64,000 nucleotides of DNA from an uncultured delta proteobacterium (GTDB lineage Bacteria > Desulfobacterota > Syntrophorhabdia > Syntrophorhabdales > WCHB1-27). Below are positions 55,416 to 64,000 of the stretch, one piece after another. The stretch lies in contig CAWEPK010000008.1 in NCBI GenBank assembly GCA_963810935.1, forward strand, positions 352,001 to 416,000, written 5' to 3'. The position numbers were made by a program, and so were the translations under genes. The notes beneath the pieces are model-generated. The model did not search any database and was not told the DNA's origin. It saw nothing but the letters and a program-made list of their open reading frames with translations. Within the stretch, counting starts at the first letter, position 1. Every line of letters starts with the position of its first letter.

Positions 55416-57419
55416 CTAAAGCGAATGACGCCAGCTCGAGATGAGTGAGGATAGCCGCACCAGGACGGCCGGCGGCTCAAGCTCTTCGGGGATGAGGAAC
55501 ATCTTGTGTTCCCTGGCCCATTGGCCGACGCTGCCCCTGGACGACAAACAGGACAGGGGGATCGAGAGCACCAAACCCGCAATGACGGGCAGGAAGAGGA
55601 ATAGGAGCATGCCCGATATGTTGTAGGCGATAACGGCAAGGGCGATGCCGATAATGCAATGGACCCACAGCCCCTGCACCGCTTCCCGCAGGCTTATGCC
55701 CTTGTCGTCGCGCTGCTGGCTGCTCCAGCCGATGTCCCTTTCCAGAAGCGTGCTGATGATGAAGCCGCTCTGGAAAAGCATCATCGTAGGCGCGAGGAGC
55801 GCAGAAAAGACCGTCTCAAGCCCAATCCCCAGCAGGACGCGTCGGATGCCTCCGAACTCCGTGGCCCTCTCACGGTAGCGCAGCAGCAGGCCCATGCTAA
55901 GCAGCCTGGGGCCGACGAGCATGGCGACCATAGCGAGCAGTAGGACTACCTGGAAGGCGTTCGGCCCCTCGGTCTGCATCGCGAGGGAAGTCGTCAGCGT
56001 CCTGATGTGTAGGTACTGGACCGCGCATACGAGGCTGCTGAGCAGGAAAGCGAGCCACAGCAGTGACGAGACGTAGGACATGACGCCGATCGCGAGGTGC
56101 AGCCTCGAAAGCGTGTGCAGGCCCCGCGCGGGGAGGATACGCACGTGCTGGAGGTTGCCCTGGCACCACCGCCAGTCACGCTTGGCGTAGTCCAGGATGG
56201 TCGGCGGGGCCTCTTCATAGCTGCCGCTCAGCTCGGGCAACAAGAGTACGGACCAGCCGCCCCTGCGCATAAGCGCCGCCTCAACAAAATCGTGGCTCCT
56301 GATATAGCCGCCGAGCGGCGGCCTGCCCGGCAGCTTGGGGAGACCGCAGTTTTTCATGAACGCCGAGACGCGGATTATCGCGTTGTGTCCCCAGTAATTG
56401 CCCTCGCCCATCTGCCAGAAGGAAAGCCCGCCGAAAATGATCGGCCCGTAAAGCCTGGCGGCGAACTGCTGGATCCGGGCAAAGAGCGTGCCCCGGTTCA
56501 CGGTGTATGAAGGCACCTGTATGATGCCGACGCGCTCGTTCAGCTCCATCAGGCGCGCAAGCGTTACAATCGTTGCGCCCGTCATGACGCTGTCCGCGTC
56601 GAGGATGACCATCGAGTCGTAACAATACCCCCACCGCTGGCAAAAATCGGATATGTTGCCCGCCTTCTTGCCTGTGTTCTTCCTGCGCCTCCTGTAGAAG
56701 ATGCGCGGGTTGCCGCCGACTGTCTGGCAGAGCTTCTTCCAGCCCGCCTCTTCCTTCATCCAGGTAGCGGGCTTGGTCGAATCGCTCAGAATGAAGAAAT
56801 CGAATGACCCCGAAAAGCCCGTCTGGGCGATCGATTCGTAAATGGCCTGAAGGCCCGCGTATACCCTGGCCGGGTCTTCATTATGTACCGGCATTAATAT
56901 CGCTACGCGGCCTGCGATGGGGCCGCCTTCTGTCCGGGTTTCCGGCCATTTGATCCCATCCGTTTTCCATCCGAACCACAGCTTGAAAAAACCGGCAACG
57001 GCGTTCCAGAAAAGCATCGATATCCAGGCAAAGTTGATAATGAACAGGGCTGCGGCCACCCTTTCTATCCAGGCGGCATGCGAGCCGCTCAGGCGGCCGG
57101 CCACCCCTCCGGCGCCGGCTACCGCCGACAAGAGGACGGCTGCAAGCACCAACCCTCTGCGTGACCTGGGGAATAGCGACATGCGGCCGCGTTGCGGCAG
57201 GCCGCGAAAGAAATGAACGACGTCGTCGAAGTTCGCCATCTCAATCGGTTGCGCGGCCATGGTAGAACTGGCTGCATCGGTATCGATGGCGGGCGGCACG
57301 GGCTCGCGCTCGCCGGACTCTCCCTCTATGTGGATAACGTCTCCCATGGTGGGCTCCAAAGCGCTGTTAACGGCTACCCGCTGCTCCTTCTGGGAGAAGC
57401 AGCCAAGCGGTGCAGTCAT
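55416..57419 (-). CDS. opgH: Glucans biosynthesis glucosyltransferase H
   Basis: MPVHNEDP, FFILSDS, KAGNI.DFC.RWG, LDADSVM, GNYWGHNAIIR, SHDFVEAALMRR, RWCQGNLQH; start uncertain. Confidence 0.94.
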   Translation of the reverse strand: MTAPLGCFSQKEQRVAVNSALEPTMGDVIHIEGESGEREPVPPAIDTDAASSTMAAQPIEMANFDDVVHFFRGLPQRGRMSLFPRSRRGLVLAAVLLSAVAGAGGVAGRLSGSHAAWIERVAAALFIINFAWISMLFWNAVAGFFKLWFGWKTDGIKWPETRTEGGPIAGRVAILMPVHNEDPARVYAGLQAIYESIAQTGFSGSFDFFILSDSTKPATWMKEEAGWKKLCQTVGGNPRIFYRRRRKNTGKKAGNISDFCQRWGYCYDSMVILDADSVMTGATIVTLARLMELNERVGIIQVPSYTVNRGTLFARIQQFAARLYGPIIFGGLSFWQMGEGNYWGHNAIIRVSAFMKNCGLPKLPGRPPLGGYIRSHDFVEAALMRRGGWSVLLLPELSGSYEEAPPTILDYAKRDWRWCQGNLQHVRILPARGLHTLSRLHLAIGVMSYVSSLLWLAFLLSSLVCAVQYLHIRTLTTSLAMQTEGPNAFQVVLLLAMVAMLVGPRLLSMGLLLRYRERATEFGGIRRVLLGIGLETVFSALLAPTMMLFQSGFIISTLLERDIGWSSQQRDDKGISLREAVQGLWVHCIIGIALAVIAYNISGMLLFLFLPVIAGLVLSIPLSCLSSRGSVGQWAREHKMFLIPEELEPPAVLVRLSSLISSWRHSL

Positions 57420-57555
57420 ATCACGATGTTAATTTGAATATGGGGCCGCGACCGCCGTTTTTCAAGTGGCGGTGCGCCCCGAAGGATGTGCGGATAAGGG
57501 ATTTCGGGCGGGAGGCAAGCTCGCCCCCGGCCCGCTTCATTCTTTGCGTCAGGCG

Positions 57556-58119
57556 CTACTTCATGCGTGCTTCGGCCGCCTGCCAGTTCACGTTCTTGAA
57601 AAAGGCGTCGATATAGCCGGCCTTCTTCGTGCCGTAATCGATCATAAAGGCGTGCTCGAAGACGTCCATAATGAGTATCAGTTTACAGCTCGAAGGATGG
57701 CCCTGGTCGTGCTCGTTTATCCAGAAATTGATGAGCTTGCCGTTCGTGATGTCCTGATAGAGGGCCGCCCAGCCGATGCCTCTCATGCCGCCGACGGCGC
57801 GGAAGTCTTTTTCCCACGCTTCCAGGCTGCCGAAGTCCTCGGCCAGTTTCTTGGCAAGCTTGCCGTCCTTCACAACGCCCTTCCCGCCGAGGTTCTCGAA
57901 GTAGTACTCGTGCAGGCGCATGCCGTTGAATTCCCATCCCAGTCTGCGATGAAGCTCGCCGAAATCGGGCGCCGACAGGTCCTTGAGCTGGCCGAATGCG
58001 TCGAGGAGCTTGTTCGTGTTCGTCACATAACCCTGGTAAAGGGTGAAATGGTTGTTTAGTAATGTATCGCTGAAACCCTCCATGCCTATCAACTTGGTGT
58101 AGTCCTTCGCGCTGTACAT
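57556..58119 (-). CDS. Fe/Mn superoxide dismutase family
   Basis: H..LYQGYV, NGMRLHE.YF, DVFEHAF. Confidence 0.9.
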   Translation of the reverse strand: MYSAKDYTKLIGMEGFSDTLLNNHFTLYQGYVTNTNKLLDAFGQLKDLSAPDFGELHRRLGWEFNGMRLHEYYFENLGGKGVVKDGKLAKKLAEDFGSLEAWEKDFRAVGGMRGIGWAALYQDITNGKLINFWINEHDQGHPSSCKLILIMDVFEHAFMIDYGTKKAGYIDAFFKNVNWQAAEARMK

Positions 58120-58218
58120 GCCCTGCCTCCTTTTTCTGTATCGGTCTACGGGCGCACAAGCCCCATGATCCGGATTTAAAGAAATATAATGCACCCGAGG
58201 GCCGTTCGCCAGAAAAGC

Positions 58219-58288
58219 TCAAGTGGCCGTGACCTTTTTCTTAAGAACGAGCGAGCCACAGGCACCGGCAGAGAGACCGCTAGCGCAA
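58219..58288 (-). pseudogene. Diverged duplicate of the MFS gene 3' end
   Basis: 37/53 ungapped identity to 58382-58434; encodes ...AGACGSLVLKKKVTAT*. Confidence 0.7.
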
Positions 58289-58340
58289 TGATTGGGGCTC
58301 AGCGCCCCCTCCACGAGCAAAGCCCGTGGAGCCTCCCCCC

Positions 58341-59590
58341 TCAGCGCGGCGCATACGCTTGCTTTATTTCCGCAGTCTTAGTCCTCTTCTTGAGCACAAG
58401 TGAGCCTCCCGCACCGGCGAGAGAACCGCTAGCGACAGGAGGAAGGCATATGTGAACGTGCCCGTCGCGTCCTTGATATAGCCCCCGATCAACGGTCCAA
58501 GCGCCTGTCCTATGCCGAAGAAGAGTGTGATGAAGCCTAGCCCGGCAGGCGCCAGCCTCCCGCCCACGGCGTCGCCTGCTGCCGCAGCCATGATGGTCGG
58601 TATCGAAAAGGCCGCGATCCCGAACACTGCCGCCGAAAGGTAATAACCCGAGTAATCCTTCCATAAGACGAAAACGAGGTAGGCAAGGGCCAGGGTGAGA
58701 TAGGCGAGCATGGAGCCGTACCTCCTGCCCAGCAGGTCCGAAAGCCATCCGTATATAATCCCGCAAAAAATGCTGAAAATGCCCAGCACCCCGAATATCC
58801 GCCCCGCCGTCGTGGCAGGCACCTGCATCTCCTTGGTAAGGTAGGCGACAAAGAAGGTAAGGTAGATAATATAGGAGAAGCCGTACATGAAATAGACCCC
58901 GGCCAGCTTCCATATCTCCGGCTCGACAACAATGTCCCTGAAAGCGGAAAAAAGCGTGACCCTAGGTCCCTGCGGCGCTGCCTGCCTCCCTTCCCCGCCG
59001 CACAGCCCCAGGCCTTTTTCTTTGGGGTTGTCACGGAGGAAGGCAAAACAGACGAAGGCGAGCACAAAGACGATAGCGCCAAGGACGAACCAGGCATATC
59101 GCCACCCGTGGAGCCCAAATGCCGAGATGATGGGGGGCAGCATCATCCCCGAAATGAACAGGCCGCTTCCGATGCCCGCAGAGACGATCCCCGTTGCGAG
59201 CCCCCTTCTCTTCATGATGAACCAGGCGGCGGGCAGCGCCATAATAGGCACGTAGCTGCCTCCGTTTCCCGCGCCTGTCACGAGCCTCATGAAGAACGCG
59301 AAAACAAAGGAATTTGACAGCCCCGTCAGGAACAGGCTGACGCCGATGACGACGAGTGAGATAAAGACGACCTTACGCACTCCGAAGCGGGCGGCCAGGA
59401 AGCCGCCGATAATGGCAAGGCACAGGTAGCCGATGAAGTTACCCGTCGCGATTGAGCCCAATTGGGTATAGTTGAGGCCAAGCCCGTCCTTCATGGAAGG
59501 CAGGATAACGGAATATGACATCCTGCCGAACCCGTGGGCGAGGACGGTTACGAGGAAACCCATAGCCGCTATAATCCAGGCGTAATGCAT
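58341..59590 (-). CDS. MFS transporter (YbfB/YjiJ-like), probable frameshift near 58425
   Basis: GFGRMSYSVILP.M, N.IGYL, G.LSD.LGRR; last TM continues in the shifted frame (SLAGAGGSLVLKK). Confidence 0.88.
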
Positions 59591-59677
59591 TATCGACCCC
59601 CCTTTTCCCACATTGTAGAAAGACGGGGGCGCAGGTGTCAACAACTTAAAGGCTGGTTTAGTGTATTTTTATACGAC

Positions 59678-60580
59678 CTATGCGGGGTCGTCCTTCGTTT
59701 TTACCGACGGTATACGCGACTCGCACGGCACCTTCGTCTGGCACAGGCCGCAGCCGTATGCCTCCAGGCCATATGCCTCCCTGGCGTGGGCCGCCTGGAC
59801 GGTTTCGAGGTATTCCTTGCACTTCGGCTTGTCGTGCCCCTTCTCCGAGATTGCGCCGGCCGGGCAGCGGGTAATGCATTTGCCGCACTGGCCCTGGGAA
59901 AAGAAGAGGCAGTACGCATGGTAATCGTCATAAGGCCGTTGCGTGGGCGGTATAGTGAGGCGCGCCACTACCGACCCGCAGCGCATAGCCTTACCCACCG
60001 GGGTAATCAGCCCGTCGCAGAGGCCGAACGTGCCGAGGCCCGATACAAAGGCCGCATGCCTCTCCGACCAGCATGACGCCATGCCAAACTTTTCCGACAT
60101 TTTCATGGACCACGCCGGGGAATTCTGCGGCGCCACCGCCTGGTAGCCGGCCTCCGTCAGCTTTGCAGCAACGTGCGTTCGGAGCTTCCCGTTGAACTCC
60201 TCCCCGAACCTCCTGGCCCGGTACCAGCGCTCGGATGCGTAAACCTTCTCCTTCCTCGTATCCGCCTTCGTCGCCCGTGTCATCGGCAGCACCCAGGAGA
60301 TGACGGTAAGCTGATCTGCGGTGATCCAGAGATCGGGGTAAGTCTGGCTGAATGCCTCAAGGGGGGACCAGAGAAACGGCCCGATTGTCTCTTTGAGCTT
60401 TGTATACAAAGGGTCGGCCCCGCTCGAAAAACCGACTAACGGCATATCGAAGGCAGGCTCGTTCTCCTTATTGCGAAGGCTGTTCTCCGGAGATTTCGCA
60501 AAGTCCCTGACGGATTCTTCTATCCATGCTGACAGGCTGAACCGGTCTTTTGTCGGCATAACCAGGACTCCTTGGTCCAT
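59678..60580 (-). CDS. Epoxyqueuosine reductase-like 4Fe-4S protein
   Basis: WSERHAA..GLGTFG, C.KC..RCP, CGLCQ..VPC. Confidence 0.85.
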   Translation of the reverse strand: MDQGVLVMPTKDRFSLSAWIEESVRDFAKSPENSLRNKENEPAFDMPLVGFSSGADPLYTKLKETIGPFLWSPLEAFSQTYPDLWITADQLTVISWVLPMTRATKADTRKEKVYASERWYRARRFGEEFNGKLRTHVAAKLTEAGYQAVAPQNSPAWSMKMSEKFGMASCWSERHAAFVSGLGTFGLCDGLITPVGKAMRCGSVVARLTIPPTQRPYDDYHAYCLFFSQGQCGKCITRCPAGAISEKGHDKPKCKEYLETVQAAHAREAYGLEAYGCGLCQTKVPCESRIPSVKTKDDPA

Positions 60581-60826
60581 TCCAGGGCTTCAGCGAAACC
60601 TGAATAAGCTTGAGGCCAGTCTATATTATAGCAGAACCATACCCCATCAGCCAACGATTTTTGCATACGATGCGGGCAAACGACGGTTTTCTGACGGCCT
60701 GCGTCATCTTCCTGATCGCCCCTTCCTTTCCGGGAGCCCCGGGGGCCGGGTTCCCTGCGGGCGGTATGTCCCGATTGTGCTGCCATTGGCCGCTAAAACG
60801 ATGCCCCCGGTCGCACCCGCCCTCTC

Positions 60827-60842
60827 TGGCACACTCATTGCA
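60827..60842 (+). promoter_or_regulatory. Sigma54 -24/-12 promoter
   Basis: TGGCAC-ACTCA-TTGCA matches the consensus. Confidence 0.75.
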
Positions 60843-60879
60843 AATCCCCATTCATAATGGAGAACCTGGAGAAGACCGA

Positions 60880-61554
60880 GTGATAACGATTACCGGATTT
60901 TCCCCGTTTGGCGATTCTGACCAGACGGCAATCGACCGGCCGCCGGTGACCGCCTCCGACAGCATGAGCGCCTTTGTCAACCTTCTGGCAAAGTGCGTGG
61001 CCCGGATAAGCGAGCAGCCGCACCCGAAGCAGGGCGCCCAGGCCCCGCAAAGCGGCCGCAACACCGCTACAGGCATCGACACCCTATCGGCCGGGGGGAC
61101 CGGCACTATGCAAGCCGCGCTCCGCTTTGTCCTCGACCACGAGGGCAGCGGCTATGTTGCAGCCGACGGGAACGAGTCGTCCAGGTACGGCATACGCCAG
61201 TCGACTGCCGAGCGCTTCGGCTATCAGGGGAGCGTGAAAGACATGTCGCGGACGCAGGCAGAAGCCATCTACACGAAATTATGGGCCGAATCAGGCGCGC
61301 AGGCACTGCCGCCCCGGCTAGCCATCGTCCATTTTGACACGTATATGAACAGCCCCGCCGCTGCACGGAAGATACTCCGTACCTCAGGGGGCGACACGGA
61401 CACATACCTCCGCATGCGCTCCGAGCGGTACTCGCGCCTCGGCAGGATGAGGCCGGAGCGGTATGCGCGATATATGAAAGGCTGGATGAACAGGGTCCAC
61501 GATCTGCAGGCCATGGCGGCCACAGGTCCGCCCGCTACAAAAGCACCCATTTAA
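60880..61554 (+). CDS. Glycoside hydrolase family 108 (lysozyme-like) protein
   Basis: AL.FVL.HEGSGY, YGI, A.AIY...W, HFDT..N, KGW.NRV; GTG 60880 chosen from the promoter and GGAG SD. Confidence 0.85.
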   Translation: MITITGFSPFGDSDQTAIDRPPVTASDSMSAFVNLLAKCVARISEQPHPKQGAQAPQSGRNTATGIDTLSAGGTGTMQAALRFVLDHEGSGYVAADGNESSRYGIRQSTAERFGYQGSVKDMSRTQAEAIYTKLWAESGAQALPPRLAIVHFDTYMNSPAAARKILRTSGGDTDTYLRMRSERYSRLGRMRPERYARYMKGWMNRVHDLQAMAATGPPATKAPI

Positions 61555-61598
61555 CGTAGCTCAAAACACCACGTCCCCCTCCCCTATTCCCCCTCCTC

Positions 61599-61632
61599 GC
61601 TGAAAGGCGGACATAAAACCCCGCCTTTCAGC
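61599..61632. terminator. Hairpin with perfect 12-bp stem
   Basis: gctgaaaggcgg-acataaaacc-ccgcctttcagc. Confidence 0.55.
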
Positions 61633-61729
61633 AACTCTATCCTCCCGGCGCAAGCGGCCGTAAAGGACTCGCATTTCTGTTGCAACGCTGTCGGAGCGGC
61701 CTTACATTAGAAAAAAAGAGGAGGTTGCT

Positions 61730-61936
61730 ATGGAAAAACAGTTACGCGCAGGCAAGGCCCTCGTTACTTTCCTCCTGGGCGGCGCGATGGGAGCCGGGGC
61801 GGCGGTCCTCATGTCGAAGGTCTGCAAAACGAGAAACACAGCCGGACAGAACGGGGCGGGGACAGGGCCCGGGCGGCCGGCGACGCCATACTGCGACGTG
61901 CCTGAAGGCGCGGACATCTGCTTTCCCGAGCGGTAA
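61730..61936 (+). CDS. Small membrane-anchored protein (YtxH-like N-terminus)
   Basis: SD GAGGAGG; FLLGG.MGAGAA.L; C-terminal YC..PEGADIC. Confidence 0.7.
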   Translation: MEKQLRAGKALVTFLLGGAMGAGAAVLMSKVCKTRNTAGQNGAGTGPGRPATPYCDVPEGADICFPER

Positions 61937-62092
61937 GGACCTAAGCACCCCCCGATCCTTCTGAAGAACCCGCAGGGTGCGCACCGCGCGATTGCGGCGT
62001 GAGCGCCCCCCTGTCACTCCAAGCTCCGTTGAAACACCGGTGCGTGAGGCTCTTAGGTTGAACGGCCGGTGCGGACATGATAACTTATCTGT

Positions 62093-63013
62093 ATGGATGA
62101 GATTGACAAAATTGAAAGAGAAGAAGTGCCGGCGGAGAAAAGCTCCCTTCCCGCCAGTTTCGACCCCCTAAAGCAGTACCTGAACGAGATCTCGCGCTAT
62201 CCGCTTCTCACAAGGGCGGAGGAAAGGAAACTCGCCGATAAGGTATTCAAAGAGAAAGACAAGGATGCCGCCCGGCTGCTCGTACTGTCGAACCTGAAGC
62301 TCGTAGTGAAGATAGCCCTCGGCTATTACAACACCTACATGAACGTCCGCGACCTCATCCAGGAAGGAAATATCGGCCTGATGCAGGCGGTGAAGAAATA
62401 CAACCCTTACAAGGGGACCAAGTTCTCGACGTACGCCTCTTTCTGGATAAGGGCTTATATCCTGAAGTACATCAGGAACAACTGGAGCCTGGTGAAGATA
62501 GGCACCACGGAGAGCCAGAAAAAGCTTTTCTACGGCCTCGAAAAAGAAAAGAGGAGGCTAGAAGCCAAGGGTCTTTTGCCCGCTCCCCAGCTCCTGGCGC
62601 ACAATCTGGACGTTACGCAGGCGGAAGTGGAAGACATGGAAAAGAGGCTTACCCTGCCCGACCTCTCCCTCGACCAGCCTATCTATGAAGACGGCGAAGA
62701 GACGATGCTGGACATGGTAAGGTCTGACGGCGACATAGAGGATTTGGTCGAGGAGAGGGAGAAGCAAAAGATAGCCTCCCACAAGATCAATGAGTTCAAG
62801 AAGGCGCTGAACGAAAGAGAACTTTACATCTTCGAGCACCGCATCATGACCGACGAACCGATCACCTTGCAGGAGATAGGGGACCATTTCAGCATATCAC
62901 GCGAGAGGGCGCGGCAGATAGAGAAGGTAGTCTCCGCCAAAGTCTCCAAGATCCTGATAGGCAAAGAAGAAGCCCTGGAAAACCCTCCGAAGAACGCCAG
63001 GGCACAGCGGTAA
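62093..63013 (+). CDS. rpoH: RpoH/sigma32-like RNA polymerase sigma factor
   Basis: NLKLVVKIA, DLIQEGNIGLM, RpoH-box-like WSLVKIGTTESQKKLFY, SRERARQIE. Confidence 0.85.
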   Translation: MDEIDKIEREEVPAEKSSLPASFDPLKQYLNEISRYPLLTRAEERKLADKVFKEKDKDAARLLVLSNLKLVVKIALGYYNTYMNVRDLIQEGNIGLMQAVKKYNPYKGTKFSTYASFWIRAYILKYIRNNWSLVKIGTTESQKKLFYGLEKEKRRLEAKGLLPAPQLLAHNLDVTQAEVEDMEKRLTLPDLSLDQPIYEDGEETMLDMVRSDGDIEDLVEEREKQKIASHKINEFKKALNERELYIFEHRIMTDEPITLQEIGDHFSISRERARQIEKVVSAKVSKILIGKEEALENPPKNARAQR

Positions 63014-63156
63014 ATAAGCCCGCGCTTCAAAGCCGGACAACCGGACCCCCAGCATCCCCTATTATCCACTGCGAGCAATACCGGGCAAGTTGCGCATAGC
63101 GGGGCCGACGGTTTATGTTATATGTGGAAAACCAAAAGAGGACAAGGGTGCGAAAC

Positions 63157-64000
63157 ATGTATGAACAGGGAGTTATAAGACCGCCGAGCGAGGCAGACAG
63201 CCTGCTCGTGAGGGTAACGCGCAACTGCCCCTGGAACCAGTGCGTCTTCTGTCCGGCCTACAAGGGAGTGAAATTCTCAAAAAGGTCGGTCGAGGAAGTG
63301 AAGAAGGACATAGACGCGATGGCGGACCAGTACAGGGGCCAAGGCCGCATCAGACTCGGTCTTCCTTCAGGATGCGGACAGCCTTGTCCTGCCGACGGAC
63401 GACGTGGTTGCAATACTCGAATACCTGAGGGAGAAATTCCCGAAGATCGAAAGGATAACGACGTACGCCCGGGCAAGAACGCTCAAGCGCAAGAGCGTCG
63501 AAGACCTGAAGCGGCTCAAGGAAGCGGGTCTGACAAGGGTCCATGCAGGCATGGAAAGCGGTGCGACCAGCGTCCTCCAGCTCATCAAGAAGGGGCTGAC
63601 CCAGGAGGAGATAGTGACGGGGGGCAGGCACGTCATGGACGCAGGGCTGGAGTTGTCCGAGTATATCATGCCGGGCATCGGCGGCAAGTCGTTGAGCGAG
63701 GAGCACGCCCGCGAGACTGCAAGCTTGCTGAACCAGATAAAACCCCACTTCATACGGGTGAGGACGTTCGCCATGCACCCGGTCTCGCCCATGCAGAAGA
63801 TGGTGCGGGAGGGGACATTCATCCCGATGTCGGACGACGAGATAGTGGGTGAGATAAGGCTCCTCGTCGAGAACCTCGACGAGATGCACAGTTATTTCTC
63901 CTCGAACGATTTCAGCCTGAACCTCCTGATGGAAGTCGACGGCTTCCTCGACAAGGAGAAGGCGTCGATGCTGAAAACGCTCGATACCTTCCTTGGCTTC
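63157..64000 (+). CDS. Radical SAM protein, frameshifted near 63350, runs off window
   Basis: RPPSEA.S, NCPWNQCVFC; continues in another frame as VFLQDADSL...YARA...GMESG. Confidence 0.88.

Noticed and set aside
1..64000. CRISPR array, rRNA, integrase/transposase, reverse transcriptase, prophage
   Set aside because: No regularly spaced repeats or diagnostic motifs seen by eye on either strand.

Overview
GC-rich bacterial chromosomal segment. The gene set (spoVG-prs-rplY-pth-ychF, long-type urocanase with FTCD halves, second S1 paralog, several sigma54 promoters) suggests an anaerobic Desulfobacterota, possibly Syntrophorhabdus-like; this is an inference. Most of the window is housekeeping, envelope and metabolic genes plus one tRNA-Pro(TGG). 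Three accessory insertions are visible: an AT-richer Gabija-type OLD nuclease + UvrD pair, an MNT-HEPN toxin-antitoxin pair, and a LysR + O-methyltransferase cassette bounded by inverted repeats with no transposase. The most unusual signals are non-coding. (1) A short leader ORF with an in-frame SG-UGA-G codon sits inside a SECIS-like hairpin and overlaps anti-Shine-Dalgarno sequences upstream of an exported four-domain rhodanese, a candidate selenocysteine-sensing translational switch. (2) A 75-nt tRNA-Gln-like relic, refolded around a cUUCGg hairpin, lies in the prs leader. (3) An unassigned ~140-nt structured element precedes the hut operon. At least five genes carry single-base frameshifts, most likely assembly errors.
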